Source: Bacteroidetes bacterium 37-13 (GTDB lineage Bacteria > Bacteroidota > Bacteroidia > Chitinophagales > LD1). Taken from it: 64,000 bases of DNA. Position 1 is the first letter of the stretch. Every line of letters starts with the position of its first letter. The DNA lies in assembly GCA_001897535.1 (NCBI GenBank), contig MKTC01000013.1:90519-154518 (forward strand). Direction: 5' to 3'. Positions 39,054-47,296 of this stretch are shown here, piece by piece. The notes beneath the pieces were generated by a model. It worked only from the letters and a program-made list of their open reading frames with translations, made no database searches and was not told the origin of the DNA. The translations under genes and the position numbers were made by a program.

Positions 39054-40952
39054 ATGCGATTCCTTTGGGCATTTATTATTCGGTTGTTTATTCTTTTGGC
39101 GCTTTACCAATGCTGCCGATTGTTGTTTTTTGCATTTAACTACTCACATTTTGAGTACGAGAATTGGCAAACACTGTTATATGCCATGTGGGGAAGTTTG
39201 CGCTTCGATTTATCGGCTTTAATGTATTTGAATATTCCGTTTTTATTCATGATGCTGTTGCCTTTTCCGTTTAGGTTTCAAGCGTGGTATCAAAAAACAG
39301 CATTGTGGATTTTCTTTATAGCCAATAGTATTGGCATTGCTGCAAATATTGCTGATATCGGCTACTTTCCATATATTTTGCGCAGAACAAATGCGGCATT
39401 TTTTTTAGAGTTTAAGAACGATACGGGGCTACTTTCTACATTTCAAAATTTCGTTTTCAGCCATTGGTATTTGTGGTTAATTGCCATTGCGCTTATTGCA
39501 ATTTTGTATGTGATAAATAAAAGATTACCGCTGCCCAAAAGAGAAAGCTATCAAAAGCGAAATTATGTTTTTGATATTGTTGCTTTGCCATTTGCGGTGC
39601 TGCTTTGGCTTGGCTTTGCGCGCGGCAGTTTTGTGCCGAGCAATCGCCCGATAAACATTAGCTACGCAGGCGATTATGCCAGCCGCCCGGCATCGGTGAG
39701 TTTAGTGGTAAACACGCCTTTTTCTGTAATGATGACTTTGGGAAATATTAAAATTCCCGATTATCATTTTTTTGAAAATGATGAAGCCGCAGCAAAAATT
39801 TACAATCCTATTCAGCATTATACAAAGCGCGATGTGCCGAAAAAAAATGTGGTTGTGATTATTGTAGAAAGTTTAAGCAAAGAGTTTATTGCTTCGCTTA
39901 ATACAGATATGGCGAACTACGAAGGTTTTACTCCGTTTGTGGATACGCTAGTTTTTCATTCGCTCACTTTTAAAAATACACTTGCAAACAGCAAACGTTC
40001 TATTGAAGGCTTACCGGCTGTAGTGGCTTCTATTCCTTCACTTTCCGAAGCTTATGTGCTTACGCCTTATGCTACTAACAGAATAAATTCTTTGGCAAGT
40101 GTGTTGAATAAATACGGCTATCACACATCGTTTTTTCATGGCGCGCATCACGGTTCAATGGGTTTTACTGCTTTTATGAAAATGGCAGGCTTTCAGCAAA
40201 CATTTAGTAAAGAAGATTTTGGAAACGATAAATTTTACGATGGCACTTGGGGAATTTGGGACGAAGAATTTTTGCAATATTGGAATAAGAAACTCAGCTC
40301 ATTTCCGCAGCCGTTTTGCAGTGTGCTGTTTACAGTTTCTTCGCATCACCCTTTTGCGCTTCCTAATGCTTACAAAAATAGTTTTAAGAAAGGCTTTTTA
40401 GATATTCATCCTTCGATACAATACACCGACCAAGCCTTGCGGAAATTTTTCGAGAGTGCTTCAAAAGAGCCTTGGTATAAGAACACAATTTTTGTACTCA
40501 CTGCAGACCATGCCGCTTCGTTTGCTCATTATCCGCAATACAATAATAATGTGGGTGTGTTTTCGGTTCCGGTAGTGTTTTTTACACCGGATTCTTCTCT
40601 GCATGGCTTTGAAAATAAAACGGTTCAGCAGCAAGATATTTTCCCTTCTATTATTGATTATTTGGGAATTGGCGACACTATTACTGCATTCGGCAAAAGC
40701 GTATTTATGGTGAACCAAAACCCTTTTGTGGTAAATTATTTTGCAGGAACTTTTCAAGTGTTTAACGATGAATTTCTATTGCAATACGATGGCCAAAAGC
40801 CTATTGCGCTTTATCGCTACAGAACGGATAGATTATTGCAAGAAAACCTGCTAAACCAAATGCCTGAAAAGGTAGATGAAATGATGCTTCGGCTAAAAGC
40901 ATATTTACAACAATATGCACATCGGGTTCGCGATAATAAAATGTTGCCTTAA
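39054..40952 (+). CDS. LTA-synthase / sulfatase-family membrane protein (phosphoglycerol transferase-like)
   Basis: Five N-terminal TM helices, then an alkaline-phosphatase-superfamily domain (VVIIVESLSKEF, TADHA). Confidence 0.85.
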   Translation: MRFLWAFIIRLFILLALYQCCRLLFFAFNYSHFEYENWQTLLYAMWGSLRFDLSALMYLNIPFLFMMLLPFPFRFQAWYQKTALWIFFIANSIGIAANIADIGYFPYILRRTNAAFFLEFKNDTGLLSTFQNFVFSHWYLWLIAIALIAILYVINKRLPLPKRESYQKRNYVFDIVALPFAVLLWLGFARGSFVPSNRPINISYAGDYASRPASVSLVVNTPFSVMMTLGNIKIPDYHFFENDEAAAKIYNPIQHYTKRDVPKKNVVVIIVESLSKEFIASLNTDMANYEGFTPFVDTLVFHSLTFKNTLANSKRSIEGLPAVVASIPSLSEAYVLTPYATNRINSLASVLNKYGYHTSFFHGAHHGSMGFTAFMKMAGFQQTFSKEDFGNDKFYDGTWGIWDEEFLQYWNKKLSSFPQPFCSVLFTVSSHHPFALPNAYKNSFKKGFLDIHPSIQYTDQALRKFFESASKEPWYKNTIFVLTADHAASFAHYPQYNNNVGVFSVPVVFFTPDSSLHGFENKTVQQQDIFPSIIDYLGIGDTITAFGKSVFMVNQNPFVVNYFAGTFQVFNDEFLLQYDGQKPIALYRYRTDRLLQENLLNQMPEKVDEMMLRLKAYLQQYAHRVRDNKMLP

Positions 40953-40957
40953 AAGCC

Positions 40958-42061
40958 TTATTGCAATATAATTTTCTTGTAACCGAATGCGCCATTTTTG
41001 CTGAGGGCAACAATATAAATGCCGCGTTCAAGTTGTGAAGTATTTATGGCAGTTTTGCCATTATCAATTTTTTGTTCTAAAATTTCTCTTCCTTCAACAT
41101 TGTAAAACTGAACAGTTGCTGTTGCTAAATCTGAAGTGGTTTCAATATAAATTGTATTGCTTGCAGGAATAGGATAAATTGAAAATTTATCGCTGCTAAT
41201 TTGTTCTATTGCAGTAGCTCTTACACGAAGCGAATCTTGGTAGTGAATTGCTGTAATGGTTTCTGCTCCTCCACCTCTTCCGGGTCTTGTGTTTATTTGC
41301 AAAACAGGCTCTTTCATTCCTTTTGCAATCCATTTGTATTCTTTGGTTCTGCTTGGCGGCAGCTTAATTCCAAAGTTAAAAGTGTCCACATAAACCGAGT
41401 CGGCAGCTACTATTTCAGAAATTACACGGGTTACATCAAAAGTGCCGTAAGGCGTAATTAGTTTTCCCCATGCATCGGCATGGTTTATTCTTGTTTGCTG
41501 GTGCGCAAGCGTGCCCATATTTGGCACTGCAATATCATAATCAGAAAGCGAAGTATCTTTACTTCCAAAGTTTATAGGGAATTTGTAAAGAACATCAGGA
41601 TGTTTAAAACCGATTGGTGTCGGTATGCCACCTACACTGGCGCCAAAGCCTGTTTGGTGGTAATCTTTATTAGATTTATAGTAGTAATTTATTACATCAG
41701 TAAAAGTAAATGATTGAATGAATGAACCACCGGTGGTAATATCATTTGCCCGTTTAGCTACATTGGATTTGTATTTATTAAAAGGCAAATTGCTGAAAAG
41801 AACGGCATACGCTAAATTAGCGGTAATAGGAGAAAGAAAGGTATCAACCGCTTGTGTTTGCCATACTAAAGAAGAGAAATCCCATAGCACATTTGCACCT
41901 GCTGTTTTGTAGTTTATGCTTAAGGTGTTGGAGGGTTTGCTCACCCTTATCATATCGCCAGCATTAGCAAAATCGCTATCGTTTAAGCTTTGCTGTGAAA
42001 ATGAAGTAAGGTATAGTGTGGAGAAGAAAAAAGCGGTGAGTATTATTCTTTTAAAACTCAT
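40958..42061 (-). CDS. secreted protein with T9SS type A C-terminal sorting domain
   Basis: ATG 42061 gives MSFKRIILTAFFFSTLYLTSFSQ. The C-terminus FSIYPIPASNTIYIE...GIYIVALSKNGAFGYKKIILQ looks like a T9SS CTD. Confidence 0.8.
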   Translation of the reverse strand: MSFKRIILTAFFFSTLYLTSFSQQSLNDSDFANAGDMIRVSKPSNTLSINYKTAGANVLWDFSSLVWQTQAVDTFLSPITANLAYAVLFSNLPFNKYKSNVAKRANDITTGGSFIQSFTFTDVINYYYKSNKDYHQTGFGASVGGIPTPIGFKHPDVLYKFPINFGSKDTSLSDYDIAVPNMGTLAHQQTRINHADAWGKLITPYGTFDVTRVISEIVAADSVYVDTFNFGIKLPPSRTKEYKWIAKGMKEPVLQINTRPGRGGGAETITAIHYQDSLRVRATAIEQISSDKFSIYPIPASNTIYIETTSDLATATVQFYNVEGREILEQKIDNGKTAINTSQLERGIYIVALSKNGAFGYKKIILQ

Positions 42062-42152
42062 ACAATAGAAATTTTGTATGAAAGTATATTTTGTTTTTAA
42101 TATCAAAATAAAAAGCGGAAATATTCTTTGTAAAGTGTTTGTGTATTAACAT

Positions 42153-42366
42153 AGCGTTACGCTGTTCGACATGTTCCGTAGAGCATGTCGAATATATAGA
42201 TAAATAGGGATTTTAATCCCAAACTAAATAAATGCCAACTCCGGCAACCCTTTTCTAACTCTATAATAATCTGAATAGCTACTTAGTAAATACTCTACAG
42301 CAGATTAAAAATCTGTTTTTATCTGTGCGTTCAACATGCCTTACAGAACATGTTGAATAGCAGCGT
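42153..42366. repeat. composite element: two diverged, inward-facing copies of the 5' half of the 109-bp repeat family
   Basis: Left arm 42153-42220 carries ttcgacatg(ttccgtagag)catgtcgaa and gggattttaatccc. Right arm 42301-42366, on the opposite strand, carries ttcaacatg(ttctgtaagg)catgttgaa and cagatttttaatctg. Confidence 0.75.
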
Positions 42367-42375
42367 ATAAGTGTG

Positions 42376-43806
42376 CTATTCTACTACCGTAACCTTTACC
42401 ATATTAGTTCTGCCGCGCTGGGCAAGAGGCATACTTCCGGTATTGATAATAATATCGCCAATTTCAACCAAGTTTTTCTCCTTTAAAATTCTAATTACAT
42501 CACGAATGGTAGTGTCTGTTCCTACAAAACTTTTATAGTAAAATGCGCGTACTCCCCAGCAAATGCTAAGTGTGTTGAGTAAATCTCGGTTTTCGGTAAA
42601 AATATAAATATGCGATTTGGGGCGGTAGCTGCTTAATATAAACCCTGTGAAACCACTAAATGTCATACCGATAATTGCGCGTGCGTTTAACTCTCCGCCC
42701 ATGCGTGCAGCATTGTAACAAATTGCATCACTTATGAGTGTTGGGGAGTTTTTATCTGGGCGCAATTCTTTATCGTAAATAATAGAACTGTCTTCAATGT
42801 TTCTCAAAATTTTACTCATTACCTGAATCACCTTTAGCGGATATTTTCCGGTGCTTGTTTCTGCGCTTAGCATTACGGCATCTGCACCATCAATAGCGGC
42901 ATTGGCAACATCGGTAATTTCGGCACGAGTAGGAGTGGGGCTTTCAATCATGCTTTCCATCATTTGGGTGGCAACTACCACCGGTTTGGCTTGTTTTATA
43001 CAACGCTTCACAATGTCTTTTTGTATAAGTGGCATGCGCTCTTGCGGCACTTCTACGGCTAAATCGCCACGGGCAATCATTATGCCATCGGCAATTTTTA
43101 TTATTTCATCAATTTCCTTTAGAGCTTCCGGCTTTTCAATTTTTGCCATTACTTTTAAATAGCTGTTTTTTTGCCCAATAATGTCTTTTAATTGTTGCAC
43201 ATCTTGTGGTGAGCGTACAAAGGAAAGCGCAATCCAATTTGCTCCATTGTTTACTGCAAATTCTAAATCTTCTTTATCTTTTTCGGTAAGAGCAGGAACT
43301 GTAGTTTTAGTATCTGGCAGATTTACACCTTTGTTGCTGCTTATTTTGCCTCCGGTAATTACTTTGGCTAAAACGGTATCTTTATTATTGGTTTCAATTA
43401 CTTGGAGTTCAATTTTTCCGTCATCAATTAAAATTTTCTCGCCCGGCTGTGCTTCTTGCGGCAACGCATCGTAGCTTACGTATAAACGCTTAAAAGTGCT
43501 TACACATTCTATATTTGTAATCTCCACAGTTTGCCCTGTTTCGAGCACTTCGTGGTTGTCGCGCACTTTTCCTAAGCGTATTTTGGGGCCTTGTAAATCG
43601 GCAAGTATTCCAATGTTTATATTTAGCTCTTCGGCAAGTTCTTTCACAAAAGTAAAGCCTTCTAAATGTTGCTCGTGGCTGCCGTGCGAAAAGTTAAAGC
43701 GAAACACATCAACGCCTGCATGAACTAAGTCCGACATTTTATTTTTATCGGCACAAGCAGGACCGTAAGTGGCAATTATTTTTGTTTTGTTGAAACTAAC
43801 TTTCAT
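42376..43806 (-). CDS. pyk: pyruvate kinase
   Basis: 476 aa. Contains TKIIATYGPA, FRFNFSHG, MIARGDLAVE and VATQMMESM. Confidence 0.95.
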   Translation of the reverse strand: MKVSFNKTKIIATYGPACADKNKMSDLVHAGVDVFRFNFSHGSHEQHLEGFTFVKELAEELNINIGILADLQGPKIRLGKVRDNHEVLETGQTVEITNIECVSTFKRLYVSYDALPQEAQPGEKILIDDGKIELQVIETNNKDTVLAKVITGGKISSNKGVNLPDTKTTVPALTEKDKEDLEFAVNNGANWIALSFVRSPQDVQQLKDIIGQKNSYLKVMAKIEKPEALKEIDEIIKIADGIMIARGDLAVEVPQERMPLIQKDIVKRCIKQAKPVVVATQMMESMIESPTPTRAEITDVANAAIDGADAVMLSAETSTGKYPLKVIQVMSKILRNIEDSSIIYDKELRPDKNSPTLISDAICYNAARMGGELNARAIIGMTFSGFTGFILSSYRPKSHIYIFTENRDLLNTLSICWGVRAFYYKSFVGTDTTIRDVIRILKEKNLVEIGDIIINTGSMPLAQRGRTNMVKVTVVE

Positions 43807-43855
43807 ACATCTAAAATTTGGTGAGCAAAGTTATTAGTGCTTAGGTTTTTTGTTG

Positions 43856-44314
43856 TTATTCTTCTGTTAAGCTATCATTATTTTCAATATTCAATTTGTC
43901 TATTCGTTTTATACTGTCGGTAGCCAAAACAGTTGCGTAGGTTACTTCCGGTATTGATTTTATTTGTGAACAAATTTCTTTAGCTTTTTCTGTTGCCAAA
44001 TTTTCGTTTATAGTGAGCAATAAATTATAGTTGCGAGCTTCCGAAATTAAAATTTCATTATTCACTTTGTTTGAAAACACATTGTAAACTAAAGTGCCAG
44101 GGTTTTTAGTAGCCTGTAAACACACGAACTTCACTGTTTTTTCTGTTTTGGGAACTTTAATTTGAATTGCGGGTTTCATTTGAAAATCTAATTCCCAAAA
44201 TTTATTCAGGTAGTGGCAGAGTTTATAGTATTTCAAATTGCCTGCAATGCCAATTAAGCAAATAGGTTTTGCAGCTTCATCGTCATCATCTAACCTAAAA
44301 ACCTTTTTTGGCAT
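43856..44314 (-). CDS. conserved hypothetical protein (IPExxxVDY-like family)
   Basis: 152 aa. Contains IPEVTYAT near the C-terminus and lies directly upstream of pyk. The family assignment is from memory only. Confidence 0.5.
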   Translation of the reverse strand: MPKKVFRLDDDDEAAKPICLIGIAGNLKYYKLCHYLNKFWELDFQMKPAIQIKVPKTEKTVKFVCLQATKNPGTLVYNVFSNKVNNEILISEARNYNLLLTINENLATEKAKEICSQIKSIPEVTYATVLATDSIKRIDKLNIENNDSLTEE

Positions 44315-44392
44315 GAATTTGGTTTGTTATCGAAAGTAAGCGGTTTCACGAAAAAATAAAGTGAATGTTTCTAAACAGTTGTTTACTTAAAA

Positions 44393-45235
44393 CTAATTGT
44401 GCTGAATATTTTTCAGGTGAAATTGAAGTAATTTATGCACCGGAGCGCAATCTATATAGCCGAGTTTTGCGCCAAAATTGTCGGCAACTTTTTGGAGTTG
44501 TGTTTTGAAATTGAATGCCAAAGAACCAACAAAGTGAACCGGAAATTGCTTGTAATTTGGATAGCAAGCAACATGGTATTTGAAAAACTCTGTGAAGCCT
44601 TGTGTTACTAAATTGTTTGCAAATTCTGTATCGGTTGTTTCGGAAAGTACTTTTGCAAATGAAGCCAAATAAACATTAGCATGTGCTTCGCGATACATAC
44701 GCTGGAATACTTTTTCTTTTTCTACTCCGTATTTGCTTTTAAGTAAATCTTCTGTTGCTGGCGGCAAAAGATGGTATAGAAACAATTTCAGCAACTCTTT
44801 TCCTAACCAACTTCCGCTGCCTTCATCGCCTAAAATGTAGCCCAATGCAGGAACATTTTCTTCAATACTTTCGCCATTAAAGAGGCATGAATTTGAGCCT
44901 GTGCCAATGATACAACTAATGCAAGTTTCGCCATCGAAAGTGGCGTAAGCTGCAGCTTTTAAATCGTGGTCTATCGCAATTTTTGCATTGGTGAAGAAGT
45001 TGCTAAGCGCATCGCTCACAATGGAATTTCGGCTATTGCTGCTACAACCGGCACCATAAAAATACACTTGTGTAATTTCACCTTTTATATGGCTAAAAGC
45101 TGCATTTTCCTGTATGGTAGAAAGAATGCTTTCTGTGGTGTGAAATTGCGGATTAAATCCAATAGTTTCAATTAGTTTTCCGCTTTCTGTAAGCCATTGT
45201 GTTTTTGTGGAGCCGCTATCGGCACAAAGTATCAT
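44393..45235 (-). CDS. BadF/BadG/BcrA/BcrD-type ATPase (N-acetylglucosamine kinase-like)
   Basis: N-terminal ADSGSTKT phosphate-1 motif and IIGTGSN. Confidence 0.78.
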   Translation of the reverse strand: MILCADSGSTKTQWLTESGKLIETIGFNPQFHTTESILSTIQENAAFSHIKGEITQVYFYGAGCSSNSRNSIVSDALSNFFTNAKIAIDHDLKAAAYATFDGETCISCIIGTGSNSCLFNGESIEENVPALGYILGDEGSGSWLGKELLKLFLYHLLPPATEDLLKSKYGVEKEKVFQRMYREAHANVYLASFAKVLSETTDTEFANNLVTQGFTEFFKYHVACYPNYKQFPVHFVGSLAFNFKTQLQKVADNFGAKLGYIDCAPVHKLLQFHLKNIQHN

Positions 45236-45254
45236 TTGCTTTTATTTAGTAAGT

Positions 45255-46223
45255 TTAGTATTCTCTTTGTTGAAGCATTAGTGCAATGTTGCGCAATGGA
45301 GTTTTTCTTTCATCTTTCACTGTAATAGTTTCTAAGTTGTGCAGTGCTAAATCGTAATAGTGTTGTATTATTTTCTCGGTTTGTTCTTTTATTTTAAGTT
45401 CTTTAAAAACAGATAAAACGCCATCAATTTTTTGCGTTTCGTTGGTTTCAGAAAGTAGGTTTTCCAGAGTTTGTTTTTGTGCTTCGTTGGCTTGATTCCA
45501 AGCGGTGAGCCACAGATATGTTTTTTTGTTGCGCAAAATATCGCCACCTATTTTTTTGCCTACTTTTTCACCTTCGCCAAAAGTATCTAAATAGTCGTCT
45601 TTTATTTGAAATGCAAGCCCCAAGTTTAAGCCAAAATTGTAGATTCTTTCTTGCTCTTGAGTATTTGCATCGCTAATTATTGCTCCCATTTTTAAAGCAG
45701 CTGCAAGCAAAACCGATGTTTTGTATTCAATCATTTTTAAGTACTCGTTCACGGTTACATCATTGCGCTTTTCAAAGTCCATATCCATTTGCTGCCCTGC
45801 AATAATTTCGAGCGCTGCGGTACTAAAGGTTTTCATTACTTCAGAAAAGCAAAAAGCAGGCACTTTCAATAAATTATTAAAGGCGTGAAGGTGCATGGCA
45901 TCGCCAACCAAAATTGCCGAGTTTAAGCCGTATTGCTTATACACAGTTGGTTTATTTCGCCTGATGTCTGCGGCATCCATAATATCATCGTGTACCAAAG
46001 TAAAGTTGTGAAAAATCTCTATGGCGAAAGCAGCGTTTAATGCATCGTTCAAATTTCCTTTAAATAAATCGCAAGCCAAAAGCAGTAAAACCGGGCGAAT
46101 CCGCTTACCGCTATTTGCCATAGTTTGGTTTATCGGTTCGTATAAACTTTCGGGTCCGAAATTAAGTTGGTTCTTGTTGAATCGTTCATCGTAAAGTGCT
46201 GTTATTTCGGATAAGTTATACAT
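45255..46223 (-). CDS. polyprenyl diphosphate synthase (trans-IPPS family)
   Basis: First and second Asp-rich motifs LVHDDIMD and QIKDDYLD. Chain length cannot be told from the sequence. Confidence 0.9.
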   Translation of the reverse strand: MYNLSEITALYDERFNKNQLNFGPESLYEPINQTMANSGKRIRPVLLLLACDLFKGNLNDALNAAFAIEIFHNFTLVHDDIMDAADIRRNKPTVYKQYGLNSAILVGDAMHLHAFNNLLKVPAFCFSEVMKTFSTAALEIIAGQQMDMDFEKRNDVTVNEYLKMIEYKTSVLLAAALKMGAIISDANTQEQERIYNFGLNLGLAFQIKDDYLDTFGEGEKVGKKIGGDILRNKKTYLWLTAWNQANEAQKQTLENLLSETNETQKIDGVLSVFKELKIKEQTEKIIQHYYDLALHNLETITVKDERKTPLRNIALMLQQREY

Positions 46224-46250
46224 GCTTAAAATTGATTTTGTGTTGCAAGG

Positions 46251-46355
46251 TTATACTATTTTTAGTTTAGAAATAGCCCAATCTTTTCTGGTATAATACC
46301 GATATAATAGCCGTTTAGAGCAATGTAATTGGTCTATTACGGATATGTAATCGGT
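46251..46355 (-). repeat. ~100-bp upstream element, copy A (partner at 60003-60095)
   Basis: The reverse complement matches 60003-60059 at 55 of 57 positions. It then matches again (agaaaagat ... aaactaaaRatagtataa) after a 12-nt indel. Ends 27 nt upstream of the polyprenyl synthase ATG. Confidence 0.85.
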
Positions 46356-46427
46356 TTTAAACCCAAATTTTACTTACACCAAACTTCTGTTTTTTTGAAA
46401 GCATAAAATGAGTTGTGTATAAAATCA

Positions 46428-47234
46428 TTACAAGTAATATTTGAAATTGTTATCCTGCAGATGCCTTTCTTTTTCACGATAGTTGGGCATTATACTTTCT
46501 ACCAAGTTCCAAAACTTGTTTGAATGATTGTGGTGTACCAAATGGGCAAGTTCATGAATAATTACATAGTCAATTACGTCTTGCGGAGCAAACATTAAGC
46601 GTACCGAAAGGTTAATGTTTCCGCGCGAACTGCAACTTCCCCAATTACTTGTGTTGTACTTTAATTTTACCGAAGAAATGCGTTTGCCAAAATGCTTTTG
46701 GTTAAGCAAATGCAAGCGTTCGCACACAATCGGCTGAAAATATTTTGCCAAACATTTGCTTACCAAATAACTTGCAGCGCTTTGTTCTGCTTCTTTGGTG
46801 AGCCCTGAAGCTAACGAAAGCATAATGTGATTTTCGTGAATGCGGGCGGTGCTTTTGGCAAGTTTATTGTATAGCAGATGAATAATAAAAGTATGGTCGC
46901 CCACCTTCAATGCTTCGTTGTTTAAGTATCTTCTTTGTGGCAAATAATCCAAGAGTTCAGGTTTCTCGCCCAATTTGCTTTTCGCCCAGTTTAAGAATGT
47001 TTGTACATGTTGCTTTTGCTCCTCTGCCGAAGCGTGTTTGCAAATTCTAATTAAAATTCCGTTTTTATTTACGGTAACTCGATTGTTGTATCTGGCTTCA
47101 AAACAAATACGAACGGGAACTTTAACACCGCTTACTTCTAACTCAAATTGCTTATGTTGCAGAAGCACACTTTCTGCCGGTTTGGCAATTGGTTCGTTTG
47201 CAATAAGGTTATCAAAAAGAGATAAGAGGCTCAT
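46428..47234 (-). CDS. YgjP-like (DUF45 / M48-type) zinc metallohydrolase
   Basis: HELAHLVHHNHSNKFW zinc motif near the C-terminus. 268 aa. Confidence 0.78.
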   Translation of the reverse strand: MSLLSLFDNLIANEPIAKPAESVLLQHKQFELEVSGVKVPVRICFEARYNNRVTVNKNGILIRICKHASAEEQKQHVQTFLNWAKSKLGEKPELLDYLPQRRYLNNEALKVGDHTFIIHLLYNKLAKSTARIHENHIMLSLASGLTKEAEQSAASYLVSKCLAKYFQPIVCERLHLLNQKHFGKRISSVKLKYNTSNWGSCSSRGNINLSVRLMFAPQDVIDYVIIHELAHLVHHNHSNKFWNLVESIMPNYREKERHLQDNNFKYYL

Positions 47235-47296
47235 TTAGTTTTCAAAATTCATGAAGGAGAAGAAAACAAAGCAGTAAAAATTTCAACAAAGGTGAA

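Noticed and set aside
39040-39222. 60-aa ORF overlapping the start of the LTA-synthase gene.
   Set aside because: It is an alternative frame over the first 170 nt of a 632-aa gene with a clear membrane N-terminus, so it is a shadow ORF.
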